64,000 nt of DNA from Octopus sinensis (GCF_006345805.1 NC_043002.1:37386001-37450000), one strand, 5' to 3'; positions 1 to 13,080 are shown, numbered from the stretch's first letter. Notes: generated from the letters alone by a model not told the origin. A program made the numbers and translations.

Positions 1-926
1 AAGGGATTCCATCCACGACCATCTCATCTTGTATTTAGACATGGTGTGTTGAGAAGTAGCTGGCTGACAAGCCACAAGTATTTTTTTTAATCAGTTGTGT
101 GTATGTGCATCTGTGTATGTGTATGTGTGTGTGTGAGAGAGAGAGGGGAGAGAGAAGAAGAAATAGAGAGAGAAGGGAGAAAGAGAGAGAGCCAATCTTT
201 CAAGGGTTATACAAAGAACTTCTCCAGATGTATTGCAAATATAGCATATTGACAGAAAACACTGGTATTTCATATTAAGTCTGAATGACATTTCTTTTAT
301 TGTGAATTGCTTAGTATATCGCCTGATTCTCAATTCTATCTCAGCGTTCTGTCACACACTGGTTCTGAAACTTGTCTTTCTTCAAGCAGTTTTTCTTTCA
401 AGTTGCCACTCATCAGACAATAGGCCATTCATTCTTATTAAAATCGAATGATGTATGATGCCTTCAAGATGGTTAGGATACATTTAGGTACTTTTGTGAT
501 AGTGTGATTTGTCTGTGCATGTAGACGTATGTATGCGCATGTGTGTGTGCATGTGTGTGTATGTGTGTGACTATATGGGTGTGTGTATATCAATGACAAA
601 CTTAGAGATAGCAATAGCTTCAATTGACAGCTCTACATGCCAGACATTATTCCTATGAGAGAAAGTAAAATTTATACATTATTTAACATGCTTTAAATTG
701 TTCTTTTATGCTTTCTTTAACTTATTTCACTCCCTGGACTATGGTCATGCAGGAACATCACATATTGGGGTCTTTCTACGTGAACACAGTGACACCAGTT
801 CTTCTTTAACCCTCTCAGATCCGAGTCCCTGTGTCTAACTTTACCCTCCACCTGGGCTCCTAAGCAAAAACAAACAAAAAAAATAGTTGCATATATAGCT
901 CAAGAATAATGATTAGTGAATGTAAA

Positions 927-1256
927 GACCCCTTTCTGTCATGAATGACCATGGGATTGCACCTAGAAAGTTCCCCTCCAAGGCACAAGTCCAGGTAATG
1001 TTGTTTATAGAAGACCAGCAGTTTGCCCATGCATACCAGCCTCCCTTCTCCAGACCACCAACATTATCCAAGGATAAAGCAAAAGCTGATTCAGCTTGGC
1101 ACCAGTCGCAATTAATTTCTACAGCTGAGTGAATTGAAACGACATAAAATGAAGTATCTTGCTCAAGAATACAACACACAACCTGGTCCAGGAATTGAAA
1201 TCACTACCTCATGATTGCGAGCCTGACACTCTAACCACTGAACCATGTGCCTTCAC
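927..1256 (-). mobile_element. tRNA-derived SINE, family A, tail type i
   Basis: Minus strand starts GTGAAGGCACATGGTTCAGTGGTTAGAGTG (A-box) with a B-box-like TTCAATTCC, then the CTTGAGCAAGATACTT domain. Homologous to 9398-9733 and to the tail at 23580-23775. Confidence 0.85.
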
Positions 1257-3079
1257 CAAATGCTTATGGGCAAGCTAATGGATAAAATCATCTGCATCTT
1301 CTTTCTCTGCTAGTGTTGTTCATTACTACTTCACTGAGAATCCAGCACAGGTGATATACAACATATTCCTGCAATAGCAGGGATACAGCATGAGAGGTTT
1401 AAGTCTTGTATTGATTTTAACCTTCTATATTTTAATGACTGCTTAAATTACAGTTGTGACCATTCCTAGGTATTGGCATGGATATGCACAGATATGGCTG
1501 TATGGTTAAAATCCACTCAGAAAGCTGGTATTTCAATTATTCTAACATTTTAGACTTCAAGTTTTACTGTCCATATTTTACTGTTTCACAGAATCATTTA
1601 TTTTTAACATGTGCACTATACAACCCAGCTGTGTACTTTCAAACATACAAAGGAAATGGCTTGGTACACTAGCCTTAAAACAATTATTTTCTCCCTCTCA
1701 AATATTTCAGAAACAAAATGAACTTTTCGTTTGACACCGCAAAGAAAATCAGATAAAATATTGATATAGATATCCATAAATAAATATAATACAAATTTCA
1801 GCTACTATTATAAATAAGAACAGGAATCAAGAAACCATTAATACAGAAGCTATCTTGTTGTATTCCATAAGGAATTGTTTTGCAGTTGATTACATTTTAC
1901 TACATGGATAGCCAAAATTAAATGAAAACAAAGTTAATTCTCCAAAGAATAACAATTGAATTGAATAGAAATTATTCAAATTAAGTTGTAAGATAATTTC
2001 TTTTCAATTATCACTCTGTTTTTCAAATATCTAAAATGATATTGCATTTTGGCTGGTTTCAATTAGACAAGGGACTTGGAGAGAATAATTTTTAGTAATC
2101 AGCAATTAAAAGTAATTTTTCTCTTTTGTTGAGAATATTAAGTGTGATGTTTAAATAAATAATTACCTCTGTTTGTAACCCATGTTTAGTTCTCTGTTAA
2201 TTGACTTATCATCTACATATAATGCCAATTTTTGGACCAAAAATTATTTTGCATCACTTATCCTTCACTGATATTAAATATTTCATAAAACAAAATGATT
2301 TGTTTCTTTTTCTATTATATGTTACATTGTTCTTAAATAATCTATTCTACAAAACAATATTGCAAAGTTATTGCCTATTATAATAATTTCATTTATTGTA
2401 TTTAAAGAATAATATACTCTGTAGTGCATGTATGTATGTATGTATGTATGTATGTATGTATGTATGTATGTATGCATATGTGTGAGTATGTGTGTGTTTC
2501 TTTTACAATATTGAATAGAATAGATATTGTATGTTATAATTATATTGTAACAATACTTTCTATTAACAGTATTGATTATACATACAATAGATATGACAAA
2601 CCAAAATGTAATTTATTTCAGCTTACTTTGTTTACATCCATTTTTCCTATGAATTCATGGGTGAAATGTGTTTTGAAAATTCTTGCAATGATATATGACT
2701 GAAATAGATTAATATTTACAATTGGGTATAATTTCTATTGCAAACCTTAAAGCCACAAATGTATGGTGGAACTTGCTTTCTGAAACCAGCTGAGATTTGT
2801 TCTATGTCTTGAAGCGCAATTTAGCAGTAATAGATTGAACATGATAATGTGATCAGCAGACATACTTAATCAGCTATTATTATGTGGTGTAAGCCTAATC
2901 AAGAATTGTATATTTTAATATTTTAATAAATTAACCATAATTATAGGTGCAGGCATGGGTGTGTTGTTAAGAAATTTGTTTCACAACTACAAGGTTCTAG
3001 GTTCAGTTCTATTGTATGGTACCTTGGGCAAGTGTCTTCTACTATAGTCCTGGGAGGACTATTGTTAATGAATTTAGTA

Positions 3080-3597
3080 CCTTAAATCTCCAAGTATAGT
3101 CCGCCCTTGAGTATAATACACAGGGGATTTTTAGGGGGCTGTACCTCTGAAAAACCTAAACCTTGTGTATAATATGCACTTCTCTAACTTGAGTCATGCG
3201 AAATTAAGCCAGCAGCACATAGTCAAACAAACACTTCAGTGCATGCATAATACAATAAGGGTTATGTTCTTAACTGTTATATGGGAATGTAAATGTGTTT
3301 GCAAATTGTTTTTGTTACATGTTATTCTGTGTTCTGAATACTTTTATTTTAATAAATGTTGCTTACTGCAAGTTATGGATGATTCTTTTATGACTTCATT
3401 GCTTTCAAGATTAGCTTAAGGTTTTTACATGCCCGACATCACAAAATGTGTCTGAATAAATATTGCCGGAAAGCAAATAGAGATTCAGACATTGCTTAGA
3501 AAATATTTTTCATTTTTAACCTCGTGTACAGTACGCACTAGGGGTTTTGACCTTTAAATTTTTGGGAAAAATGTGGATTATACTTGAGGATTTACGG
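3080..3597. mobile_element. Non-autonomous Tc2/pogo-group DNA transposon (MITE)
   Basis: Left end CCTTAAATCTCCAAGTATAGTCCGC matches the reverse complement of the right end, CCGTAAATCCTCAAGTATAATCCAC. TA on both sides (3078-79, 3598-99). CCGTA termini are typical of Tc2-like elements. Confidence 0.8.
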
Positions 3598-3846
3598 TAG
3601 ACAAAAACTGCGTAAGCCCTATATATATATATGTGTGTGTGTATGTGTGTGTGTCTTTGTGTCTGCATTTAGCTCCTCACATTGTTTGACAGCCAGTGTT
3701 GTACCAAACTTTAAAAATAATATGCACTGGACTTAGTTTGTTTGACTAAACCCTTCAGGGCAGCGATCCAGCATGGCCAGTGTCCAATGACTCAAAGAGA
3801 TAAAAGAAAAATGCAAGATAACCCATGATGTTTATGATTCTTCCAG

Positions 3847-3883
3847 ACAGGCATGACTAGAGGAAATCACTATTTATGGTTCA
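3847..3883 (+). CDS. Weak candidate micro-exon (TGMTRGNHYLWF)
   Basis: Acceptor gattcttccag, donor gtaaga, one open frame. Not linked to the main exon chain. Confidence 0.2.
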
Positions 3884-4834
3884 GTAAGAAAAGAAAGGTG
3901 AAAAGAGAGGGTATTTAGGACTTGGTCTGAACACTTATAATGGTGATCTATTTTAAATGCACTCTAGAATCTAAAAACAGCATCAAATTGAAGTGTGTGT
4001 TCAGCCTGAAAAACAGTGAATCAATTTTGGTCTTGTCTTAGATTAATATTATTTTGATATTTGGTGAGTATGAGAGACAACTTAAAAAAATTTTTCAGTA
4101 TCATCTGACTTTCTCAATTTGGACTTCACAGTACTAGATGATGTAATGAGGGCCTAACAAAGTAAATATACAAGAATCTGCACTTATTGGCATACAAAAA
4201 TATTAATGATACATACAAAATCACAAGAATCTAATATTATTGGTTGGTCAAAGGTGATGAGCTGGCAGAATTGTTAGCATGTGGGGCAAAAGTGCATCAC
4301 TGCATTTCGTCCGTCTTTATATATATGAAGCCCAATATACCCATCATGAATATCCATCTGATAAGGGTACACCATGCACATGCCTCACAATCAAGATAAA
4401 TAGCACATGACCTTGCAGGTGGGAACCAGTTACAATTTTCATCATCTTGAGTGGCCCATCTTGCTCAAAAAGTCCCTGAATAATGTTTGTTTAAGGATGA
4501 TGAACAAAACACTCATGTTTTCAGAGGTGAATTATTCAAACCCCAAAGAATTCCTCTTAACATATGGCTATAATGTTCCCACACTACTCCCACTTGTGAT
4601 CAGAGATGCATATATTGCCAGCCACTAAGGGATATGCTCAACTGGTTAAGGTCAAACAACTGACAAACAAATGTGTGGTATTGAGCAGAATATTTGCTGT
4701 AGCACATCTTTCATACCAAGACAAAATATGTACATGATAACACTTCCAATCAGTTAGGACCAGGAGCCATGAGAACCATTGCCTGGTACTGCATCTGGGC
4801 ATTATTGTTATTATTTTTATTATCATTCCACCAT

Positions 4835-5176
4835 GGTCGACTTTGCCTTTCATCCTTTCGGGGTCAATAAATTAAGTACCAATGAAACACTGGGGTTGAT
4901 GTAATCGACTAGTATGCTCCCCACAAAATTTCAGGCCTTGTGCCTATAGTATAAAGGATCATCATCATCATCATCAACATATAAGGTGGTGACCTGGCAG
5001 AGTGGTTAGTATGCTAGGCAAAAACCTTATCTTTATGTTCTAAGCTCAAATTCCACTGATGTTGACTTTGCTTTTATCCTTTCGGGGTCAATAAATTAAA
5101 TACCAGTGAAACATCAGAGTTGATGTAATTGACTCGTCCCTGCTCCCAAATTTTCAGGCCTTGTGTCTTTAGTAAA
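4835..5176 (+). mobile_element. Two head-to-tail SINE family C copies (first 5'-truncated, second 4985-5176)
   Basis: Both carry CTTTGCCTTTCATCCTTTCGGGGTCAATAAATTAAGTACC...GTTGATGTAATCGACT and the tail AATTTCAGGCCTTGTG. The first ends in (ATC)n, the second in (ATT)n. Confidence 0.85.
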
Positions 5177-5336
5177 AATATTATTATTATTACTATTGTT
5201 ATTATCATTACCATTATCATTATTATTATTATTATTATTGTTATCATTATTATTATTATTATTATCATTATTATTATTATTATTATTGTTATCATTATTA
5301 TTATTATCATTACCATTATTATTATTATTGTTATCC

Positions 5337-5371
<35 letters not shown>

Positions 5372-5583
5372 GTTATCATTATTATTATTATTGTTATCAT
5401 TATTATTATTATTGTTATCATTATTATTATCATTATTATTATTATTATTATTGTTATCATTATTATTATTATTATCATTATTATTGTTATCATTATTATT
5501 ACTATTATTATTATTATTAAAAATAAAACTAAAAAAATAAAATAAAAAAAATAAAAAAATAAAAAGAATTATTATTATTATTG

Positions 5584-5620
<37 letters not shown>

Positions 5621-5742
5621 TATTGTTATTATTATTATCATTATTATTATTGTTATCATTATTATTGTTATCATTATTATTATTATTATTATTAGTTGTA
5701 GTAGTAGTCGTAGTAGTAGTAGTTGTAGTAGAAGTAGTAGTA
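5177..5742. repeat. Long (ATT)n/(ATC)n trinucleotide array with an A-rich interruption (5519-5567), ending in (GTA)n
   Basis: Directly visible. Continues the tail of the SINE C copy and generates the poly-I/N/L ORFs in the track. Confidence 0.95.
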
Positions 5743-6143
5743 TTTTAAAACATGTAATTTGAATAAAAATATTCTAATTTGGTACTAACTTCCATTTTAA
5801 CACACTTCTTATTCTAAGTTACTCATATTTTTATTTTTCAAATTTCACTTGTAACATGTCAAGAAGATGACTGAACAGTAATGGTGTTGAATTAATGGCT
5901 TGAGAATCAGTTCAAATTGTTTTGTAGGTCATAAAGCTATTAATCACAGAATAATTTGAAGAATACAAAACACATTTAGATTCACTGACACAGCCAAGTG
6001 ATAACAGGAAAAAAAATTAAAGAAATATGTTAAATGAACAAATATGTTAAATAAACAAATAAATATATATATATATGATAACATGTTTATGTGATGAAAT
6101 ATGTTTTATTTATATTTACAATATTCATATATTGTAAATTATC

Positions 6144-6524
6144 TTATTACCTCCGCCTTAGCGAGGATGGAGGTATTGTTTTCAGTCACATTTGTTTGTT
6201 TTGTTTGTCTGTGGATAAGATATCTCAAGAACTGCTGGATGGATTTGGATGAAACTTTCAGGGATATTTGGCCTTGTGATTGGTACAAACTGATGAGATT
6301 TTGGGATCAATCTGGTACCGACAAGGATTCTAGATTATTTTTCCTGTTTTTTTAAATTAATTTTTGAGAATGGTTGGTTTCATTTTAAGTATTCTTGTTT
6401 GTGAGGAGAGTCGAGTTATTTTCAGATATTCTCATTTTAAAAAGCATCTTTGGCTAATCGTTTAGAGGGCGTTGGTGTTGACTTGGCGGAGGTTTGTGCT
6501 CTTTGAGTGCTCTTGTTCTTAGTT
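6144..6524 (+). mobile_element. Non-autonomous Helentron-associated element (HINE/DINE-1-like)
   Basis: Subterminal inverted repeats ACCTCCGCC (6149-57) and GGCGGAGGT (6485-93), a (TTTG)n stretch after the 5' hairpin, a 3' stem-loop GCTC-TTT-GAGT, and T-rich ends. Confidence 0.75.
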
Positions 6525-7094
6525 ATTATCATACTAGAAATAATGACAAAACCATATATTAAATAGCATCTTTTTCAGTTTATCTTTGAACTATTTTGTT
6601 TGAGTATATTTTAAAAGAAGTTATTGATTGAATTGCATAGTTTTTTTTTTGTCTAAGAATATAAAGTATTAAATAAAATTTCTATTCCAAATTTTGCTTC
6701 TTAGAGAAGTCAATGACTATACATTATCCTTTTAATTATTATTGTTGTCATTATTGTTGCCGTCACCAACATCATTTTAATATCTACTTTTTCTTATTTG
6801 CATGGGTCAGCCAAGCCAGTATTTTGGAAAAATTATCAAAGAGTGGATGCCTTTTCTGAAGCCAACCCTCACCTGTTTTCAAGTAAAGTATAATTACCCG
6901 GGTCTATTGAACAACAAACAGCTTCTACAAAGATCTACAAACAATTGACACTCTGTGAATAAACAGTGATGCTTTGTTTCCAATCAGCATTTATGTATGA
7001 AGACATGTCAAGGACCCAGATTGCTTACGCAAAGACTACAAATAAAATGACACTGTTTATATGAGACAAGGAATCAAAACCTTTAACAGTTTGC

Positions 7095-7400
7095 TGTGCT
7101 TGAGAAGACTCATCAGCCCGAGTGAAATTGTAGTTGTGGACAGTGCTGGTAACACATAAAAGGGACCTGTGATGGCGACACATAAAAGGCACCCCTGCCA
7201 GTGACATGTAAAAGGCATCCACTACACTCTTGGACTTGTTGGTGTTAGGAAGGGCATCCAGCCATAGAAACCAAGCCTCCAGTTTACCAGCTCTCCAGCT
7301 TACCAGCTCTCTGGCTTACCAGCTCTCTGGCTTACCAGCTCCAGTCAAACTGTCTAATCCATGCCAGCATGGAAAATGGACACTAAATGATGATGATGAT
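7095..7400 (+). mobile_element. SINE family D (GTTAGGAAGGGCATCCAG domain, (GAT)n tail)
   Basis: Same family, in the opposite orientation, as 15837-16335, 28732-28885, 46514-46850 and 54096-54415. Contains a 16-bp tandem repeat at 7284-7341. Confidence 0.8.
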
Positions 7401-7500
7401 ACTTTGTTTACAATCAGTTTGCACATTTTAAAACAAGAGGAATAAGCTCTCAATCACATTAGATGACACTAACAGAAAAAGTGACACCATCATCAGGATT

Positions 7501-7570
<70 letters not shown>

Positions 7571-7915
7571 GCATATATATATATAATGTTTGTTGACCAT
7601 GCTTGCATCAATTGGAAGATTTGACAGAATCCAACAGGTTCAAGGACTGCATTTAGTTCCAATGTGTGCTTCGAAGCATGGTGTGGTCTGTGGACTATCA
7701 CATCCTGAAAAAGTCATCCAAGCCATGGAAGATGAATGTTAAGGAAACAGAATCAAACAAAAGATTTTACTCATGATTCTATACAAAGTAGATAGAGAAT
7801 AGATCCATTAGGTAGGTGGTAACATGAGTTACTGCACTGAGTAATACCATTACTAGTTATATCATTGGTAGATATCTAAAAATGATAACTAGAATGCAAA
7901 ATGATTGAGGTTTAA

Positions 7916-8135
7916 CCCCTTAGTATTTAGATTATTCAGTCAAACGTAACACTTATTTATTCATATTGTTTTGAATTAATTCAGCATTATCTCATAGTTT
8001 TGAGATTTCAGTTATATGATTGTTTACTTTTAGAATGGCAATGTAGGATAGATGTAAGAGGCTGAACCTGGCCAGTTTGAACATAAAACAAGTGAAGAAT
8101 TTGGGCCGAATATGGCTGGTTTGAATGCTAAAGGG
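7916..8135. mobile_element. piggyBac-like MITE
   Basis: TTAA|CCCCTTAG...CTAAAGGG|TTAA with TTAA at 7912-15 and 8136-39. Homologous copies at 54990-55208 and 43124-43740. Confidence 0.8.
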
Positions 8136-8152
8136 TTAATGCAGATGTGAAT

Positions 8153-8515
8153 ATTGATTTCAAATTTTGGTGTGCGGTCAGCAATTTCAGGGCAGGGGTA
8201 AGTCGATTATGATGACCAGTTGAACTGGTACTTATTTTATTGACTCTGAAAGAATGAAAGTCGACCTCGGTGGTATTTGAACTCAGAACGTAATGACAAA
8301 GAAAATGCAGCTAAGCATTTCACCCAGCATGCTAACAATTCTGCCAGCTCGCTGCTACAATGCAGATATAAATATTGGTTTCAAATTTTGGCACAAAGCC
8401 AGAAATTTCGGTGGAGGGGTTAAATCAATTACATCAACCCCAGTACTCAACTGGTATTTATTTTATCAACTCTAAAAGAATGAAAGGCAAAGTCGAACTT
8501 GACGGAATCCAAACG
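8153..8515 (-). mobile_element. Two tandem SINE family C copies (alternative tail ...GCACAAAATTTGAAACCAAT)
   Basis: Reverse complement of the family C core occurs twice (8153-8355 full, 8373-8515 partial). Confidence 0.8.
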
Positions 8516-9055
8516 GAGATAAACATTAGAATATGCCACACATCCACAGATTTGGTTAATAATTGGAAAACTTATAATTGTATTAATGATAATTAATCTT
8601 AGACATTTAGACATATCGGCATTTCACCCCATCAGTATAATTATCCCACATTATTGCATATAAACTAACCATAAATCCCCAAACTGCTAAATATTCTTGT
8701 TATGATCCTTGCAAAGCTATTAAGGCGAGTCAAAGCAAGAAGAGTTAAATAGTTTGTTCTGTCATGTAAGGCAAACAATTGTAATATGATATGAAGTCAT
8801 TGCTCAAGAAAAAACAGACTGTTTCCACATTTATTCAGTCAATGCAGATTTTGAATATAATTATGTGCTGAATATGATTGGCTTGGAGTCAGAATGTATA
8901 CTTTGGATATTTCAGAACTTACTTCATGGTGTGCCTGTCTCTATTGTATTACTTCATATTTCATTAACCAGCTGATACAGACAAGACACCATTATGCATT
9001 TGTTGGTTGAATGGTTTTTATTTTGATAGTAACACTGGAAATACTAATATACTTC

Positions 9056-9087
<32 letters not shown>

Positions 9088-9397
9088 ATGTTATGTGTAT
9101 GTATGTATACATACATACACATACATATGTATATATACATACATATGCATATGTATATATATAATAATAATATTAGGGAATGAATCCAAACTTACAGGGA
9201 AAAATTAGATTTAGGATTAAATCCAATTTTATAGTATAAATATATTATATTATATTATATTGAATTAGAGATAAAACCACTATTAGGCAAATCAAACAGT
9301 GAAAAACATAAGCCAATACATAAAATTAATTTAAAAATATAAAAGTTAAAAATTAAAAAATTATTTAAATAATTTATATATATACATACATATAGAA

Positions 9398-9733
9398 GAC
9401 CCCCTTCGGTCAGGCACTGACCATGGGTTTGCACCTAGAGAGATACCCTCTGAGGCACAAGTCTGGGCAAGGTTGTTTTATGGAAGACCAGCAGTCGCCC
9501 ATGCATACCGGCCTCCCCTCTCCACGTCACCGATGTTGTCCAAGGGAAAGGCAAGGGCCGATACAGCTTGGCACCTGTGACGTCGCAACTCATTTCTACA
9601 GCTGAGTGAACTGGAGCAACGTGAAATAAAGTGCCTTGCTCAAGAACACAACACGCAGCCCCGTCCGGGATTCGAGCTCACAACCTCACGATCGTAAGCT
9701 CGACGCTCTAACCACTGAGCCATGCGCCTTCAC
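9398..9733 (-). mobile_element. SINE family A, tail i (young, near full length)
   Basis: tRNA-like head GTGAAGGCGCATGGCTCAGTGGTTAGAGCG...GCTCGAATCCCGG with retained CpGs. Matches 927-1256. Confidence 0.9.
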
Positions 9734-9734
9734 A

Positions 9735-9813
9735 TACATATATATACATATATATATATATATTTATATATATATGTATGTTATGTGTATGTATGTATAC
9801 ATACATACATATG

Positions 9814-9844
<31 letters not shown>

Positions 9845-9932
9845 TATGTGTATGTATGTATACATACATACATATGTATATATATATATATATATATATG
9901 TATGTTATGTGTATGTATGTATACATACATAC

Positions 9933-9978
<46 letters not shown>

Positions 9979-10010
9979 TATGTGTATGTATACACACACA
10001 CAACTGCATA
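9735..10010. repeat. Compound microsatellite with a higher-order unit of about 61-72 bp
   Basis: GTATGTTATGTGTATGTATGTATACATACATACATATG plus variable (TA)n, repeated about 4 times. Confidence 0.9.
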
Positions 10011-10107
10011 TGTATGTATCAGTGAGGGAAAGAGATCTATCTGTCTGTCTATCTATTTATATATTTATCTGTCTCTCTGTCATTATCTATATTTATATAT
10101 ATATATA

Positions 10108-10888
10108 CAGAGTCTGCCCAAAGATGCATACACTAGTTAACAGCTGGTAGCTAAATTTTCGTTTCTATTTAGATGTTAAATTTAACCAATTAAAAAAAGT
10201 GAAAGAAGCCAGACTAAGTCCTAAACAAAGGAAATTTATCTTAAATGGTTTCTGGAAGTTTGAAAATGCAGCCAAAGTGTGTGACTCCAGGAAGGTTTCT
10301 TAGACAGATCCATCATCTTGATTTGCCATTGCTCAAATTAGAGATAAATTGGATGCAGAAGGAACTGTTCAGATGGTCCACAAAAAATGTTCCAGAATAC
10401 TAGGGACACCAAGGTAGAATATGCTAGAATATGCAAGAAACATATTGCCAGAATTCAAGAAAATCTGTGCAGCAAGTGAGTCAGGAAATAAGAATTTCAA
10501 AATCAAGTGTTGCATTTTGAAGCAGTCTCTTTGGAATGGTTACATTGCAAGAATAGCACATCCTCTCAATGAAACTGATCTGGACCAAAGAGTAGATTCT
10601 TGCAAGTGGTACTTGGCAATATGTGTAGAAGATACAGACATTGCAACAAAGATTGTTTGAAATGAATAAACATTCAGTGGACCTCACCCCATTAAACTTT
10701 TTTATGGGGATACTCAAAAGATAAGGTTTATGGAATAAAACTCATGGCACTCAACAGAGTAGCCATCGAATGGGAAAATTAAATTCTAACTGTAGATTCT
10801 ATAAAATTTTCAAAATGAAATATATTTTAATAAATACTGACTTTATTACCATTCAAGAAGTGTATGCATTTTTTGGGGAACACCCATG
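10108..10888 (+). mobile_element. Internally deleted Tc1/mariner-superfamily transposon (DUF4817-type HTH; decayed transposase)
   Basis: TIR CAGAGTCTGCCCAAAGATGCATACAC versus right-end reverse complement CATGGGTGTTCCCCAAAAAATGCATACAC. Translated remnants AIAQIRDKLDAEGTVQ, YIARIAHPLNETDLDQRVDSCKWYL and DLTPLNF-LWGYSKDKVY. Confidence 0.85.
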
Positions 10889-10938
10889 TTTGTATGTGAA
10901 TCTGTCTTTGTGTGTATATATATATATATATATATATA

Positions 10939-11331
10939 CTAGCAGTATCGCCCGGCGTTGCTCGGGTTTGTAAGGGAAATAACTATATAAGCATTTTTAG
11001 AGATGTAAAGTATAATAGCCATCTCAATATGGCTAACCACAAAGGGGGGTGTTACTGTAGCTTTTTACGTTCTGAGATTTAATAATACATTTTTAGAGAG
11101 TTACTTCCCTTATATAATAGCAAAAAATGCATTAAAGATGGAAAAAATGATGGTAAATTTTTTTGAAAATCGTAGACTCATCGTAGACGCACGCTAATAT
11201 CCGGAAGGGCTCGATATAAATCACGACTATAAGATACCCGCTTTTGGTTACACTGCACCGCAAAATGTGAGAGTAGTTAGGAATCTAAATCGTAGGAGAC
11301 AGACACACAACTTCACTTTTATATATAAAGA
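10939..11331 (-). mobile_element. Non-autonomous Helitron (393 bp)
   Basis: Minus strand 5'-TCTTTATATATAAAAG..., 3' hairpin CCCGAGCAACGCCGGG, CTAG-3' end, inserted between A and T without a TSD. Confidence 0.85.
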
Positions 11332-12299
11332 TATGCATATACGTACTTATGTATAGCTATGTATATACATATATAGATATGTATTTGCATACATACACAC
11401 ATATGCACACACACGCGCGCACACACATACACGCACACACACGTTATATAAGCATATAAAGTGTAAAATATCCTATTTGACGTCAGTTGGATGCATATAC
11501 ATATTGATTTGAATAATTTGTGTAATCAAGATATAGATTCTGGCACAACAACAATGCTTAAACTTGATTTATACTCATGTTCAAATGACATGACACTGAT
11601 TAATTTTTGTTTTAATTGACAGATAAGTACAGAATTGGTGGAATGGCTAGCCAAAGAAAAAGGAAAATGGTTTAGTAGTGTTAAGCTATATCCCTTTATG
11701 TAAAGAATTTGAATCCTACAAAGATTAATTCTCCTTTTTCTTCTTCTGGGAACTGAGAAATTAAGCACATGTCTATTGACTCAGTTCTATATTTAAGAGA
11801 TGAGGAATTATGTACATTATTTACATTTGATGGATATTTGTCCTCATCTTTTGGCTGATATACCCTTCAGCCTCCATCAAATGACTTGGGGAAATTTTGA
11901 ACCTGGGTTCACATTCCTAAGGTATTTTTTGATGTTATTGTTATTATTATTATTATTATCATTCAGGTCACTGCCTGATTACAACATTTTATTCAGGCAA
12001 TAATGTAAATAATGTCTATTGACTATTCCATTATTTCAAATATTTATGGCTTTTTGCTATAATTATAAATCTCTATTATTCAAAAAGCCTTACATATTCT
12101 TGAAGAGGAATCTCTAAATGGTTTGGCTATCTGATGATAAAACAGTCAAATCTCATTTGAATCACGACTTCCTTTCTTACAAAAACGGAAATTTTGGGGG
12201 CAATCTTGTAAATATGTCCATCAAAATTTTGTATTCTTCAAAATTTTCAAAGGTTCAAGAAGTTGAATAGATGAATTTTTGAGGACCACCTGTATCTAT

Positions 12300-12552
12300 T
12301 ACTTGTTTCATTTATTAAACTGTAGCCATGCTGGGGCACATTCTTGAAGAATTATTTTTAGTTGAATGGATTGACGCCAATACTTATTTCTGTCTTAAGG
12401 CCTGATCATCTCTTTTGCTAAACTGCTAAGTTATGGGGATGCAAACATATCAACACTGGTTGTTAAACGGGGGTGGGGGAAGGGGTAAACACACACACAC
12501 ACATGATGGGCTTCTTTCAGTTTTTGTCTACCAAATCCACTCACAAGACTTC
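12300..12552 (-). mobile_element. SINE family B, partial
   Basis: Reverse complement of the family B 3' module plus CTTCTTTCAGTTTTTGTCTACCAAATCCACTCAC. Confidence 0.75.
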
Positions 12553-13051
12553 TTAATCACATGGCCATACCTGCTAAGTGACAGCAATAATGTTACATAC
12601 TTTAAAGAAATTATTATTACTGAAAATTCTGTCCTTATAATTTTGAAGTAAAAATTTCATGACCCATTTTTTCATGGCACAGTTTATCACATTTCTTATG
12701 TATAAAATAAAAAAAATATTTGCTGCTCATTTTCTCAGAAACAAAGATAATAAATGTGTGTGCCTGTGTAGCTGTATATGTCTACACACAGAGATACACA
12801 TACACACACACACATATATATATATACATATATATACACACACACACACACACATATATATATACATATATACACACACACACACATATATATATACACA
12901 TATATATATGTGTGTGTGTGTAAATATTTATGCCCATTAATGTTATTATTTTGAATTCTCGCATCATACACACAAATGTTAATGACACAGAAAAAAAAAG
13001 AAGGAAGAGGTGGCTCTTGTTATAAATGCTTCTCTACATTGCTTCAATCAG

Positions 13052-13080
13052 ATATCACCTACTCCAATAAACAGTTTGAG
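13052..13080 (+). CDS. Weak candidate micro-exon (DITYSNKQFE or ISPTPINSLR)
   Basis: Acceptor cattgcttcaatcag, donor GAG|gtatgc, two open frames. Confidence 0.25.

Noticed and set aside
5074-5674. Four long ORFs (125-186 aa) of poly-I/N/L
   Set aside because: They are translations of the (ATT)n array, which lacks stops in several frames.
11611-11700. Exon-like segment ISTELVEWLAKEKGKWFSSVKLYPF
   Set aside because: Aligns by eye to a decayed SINE C head.
12118-12270. Short ORF MVWLSDDKTVKSHLNHDFLSYKNGNFGG
   Set aside because: Resembles the repeat tail also seen at about 42810-42900; weak acceptor.
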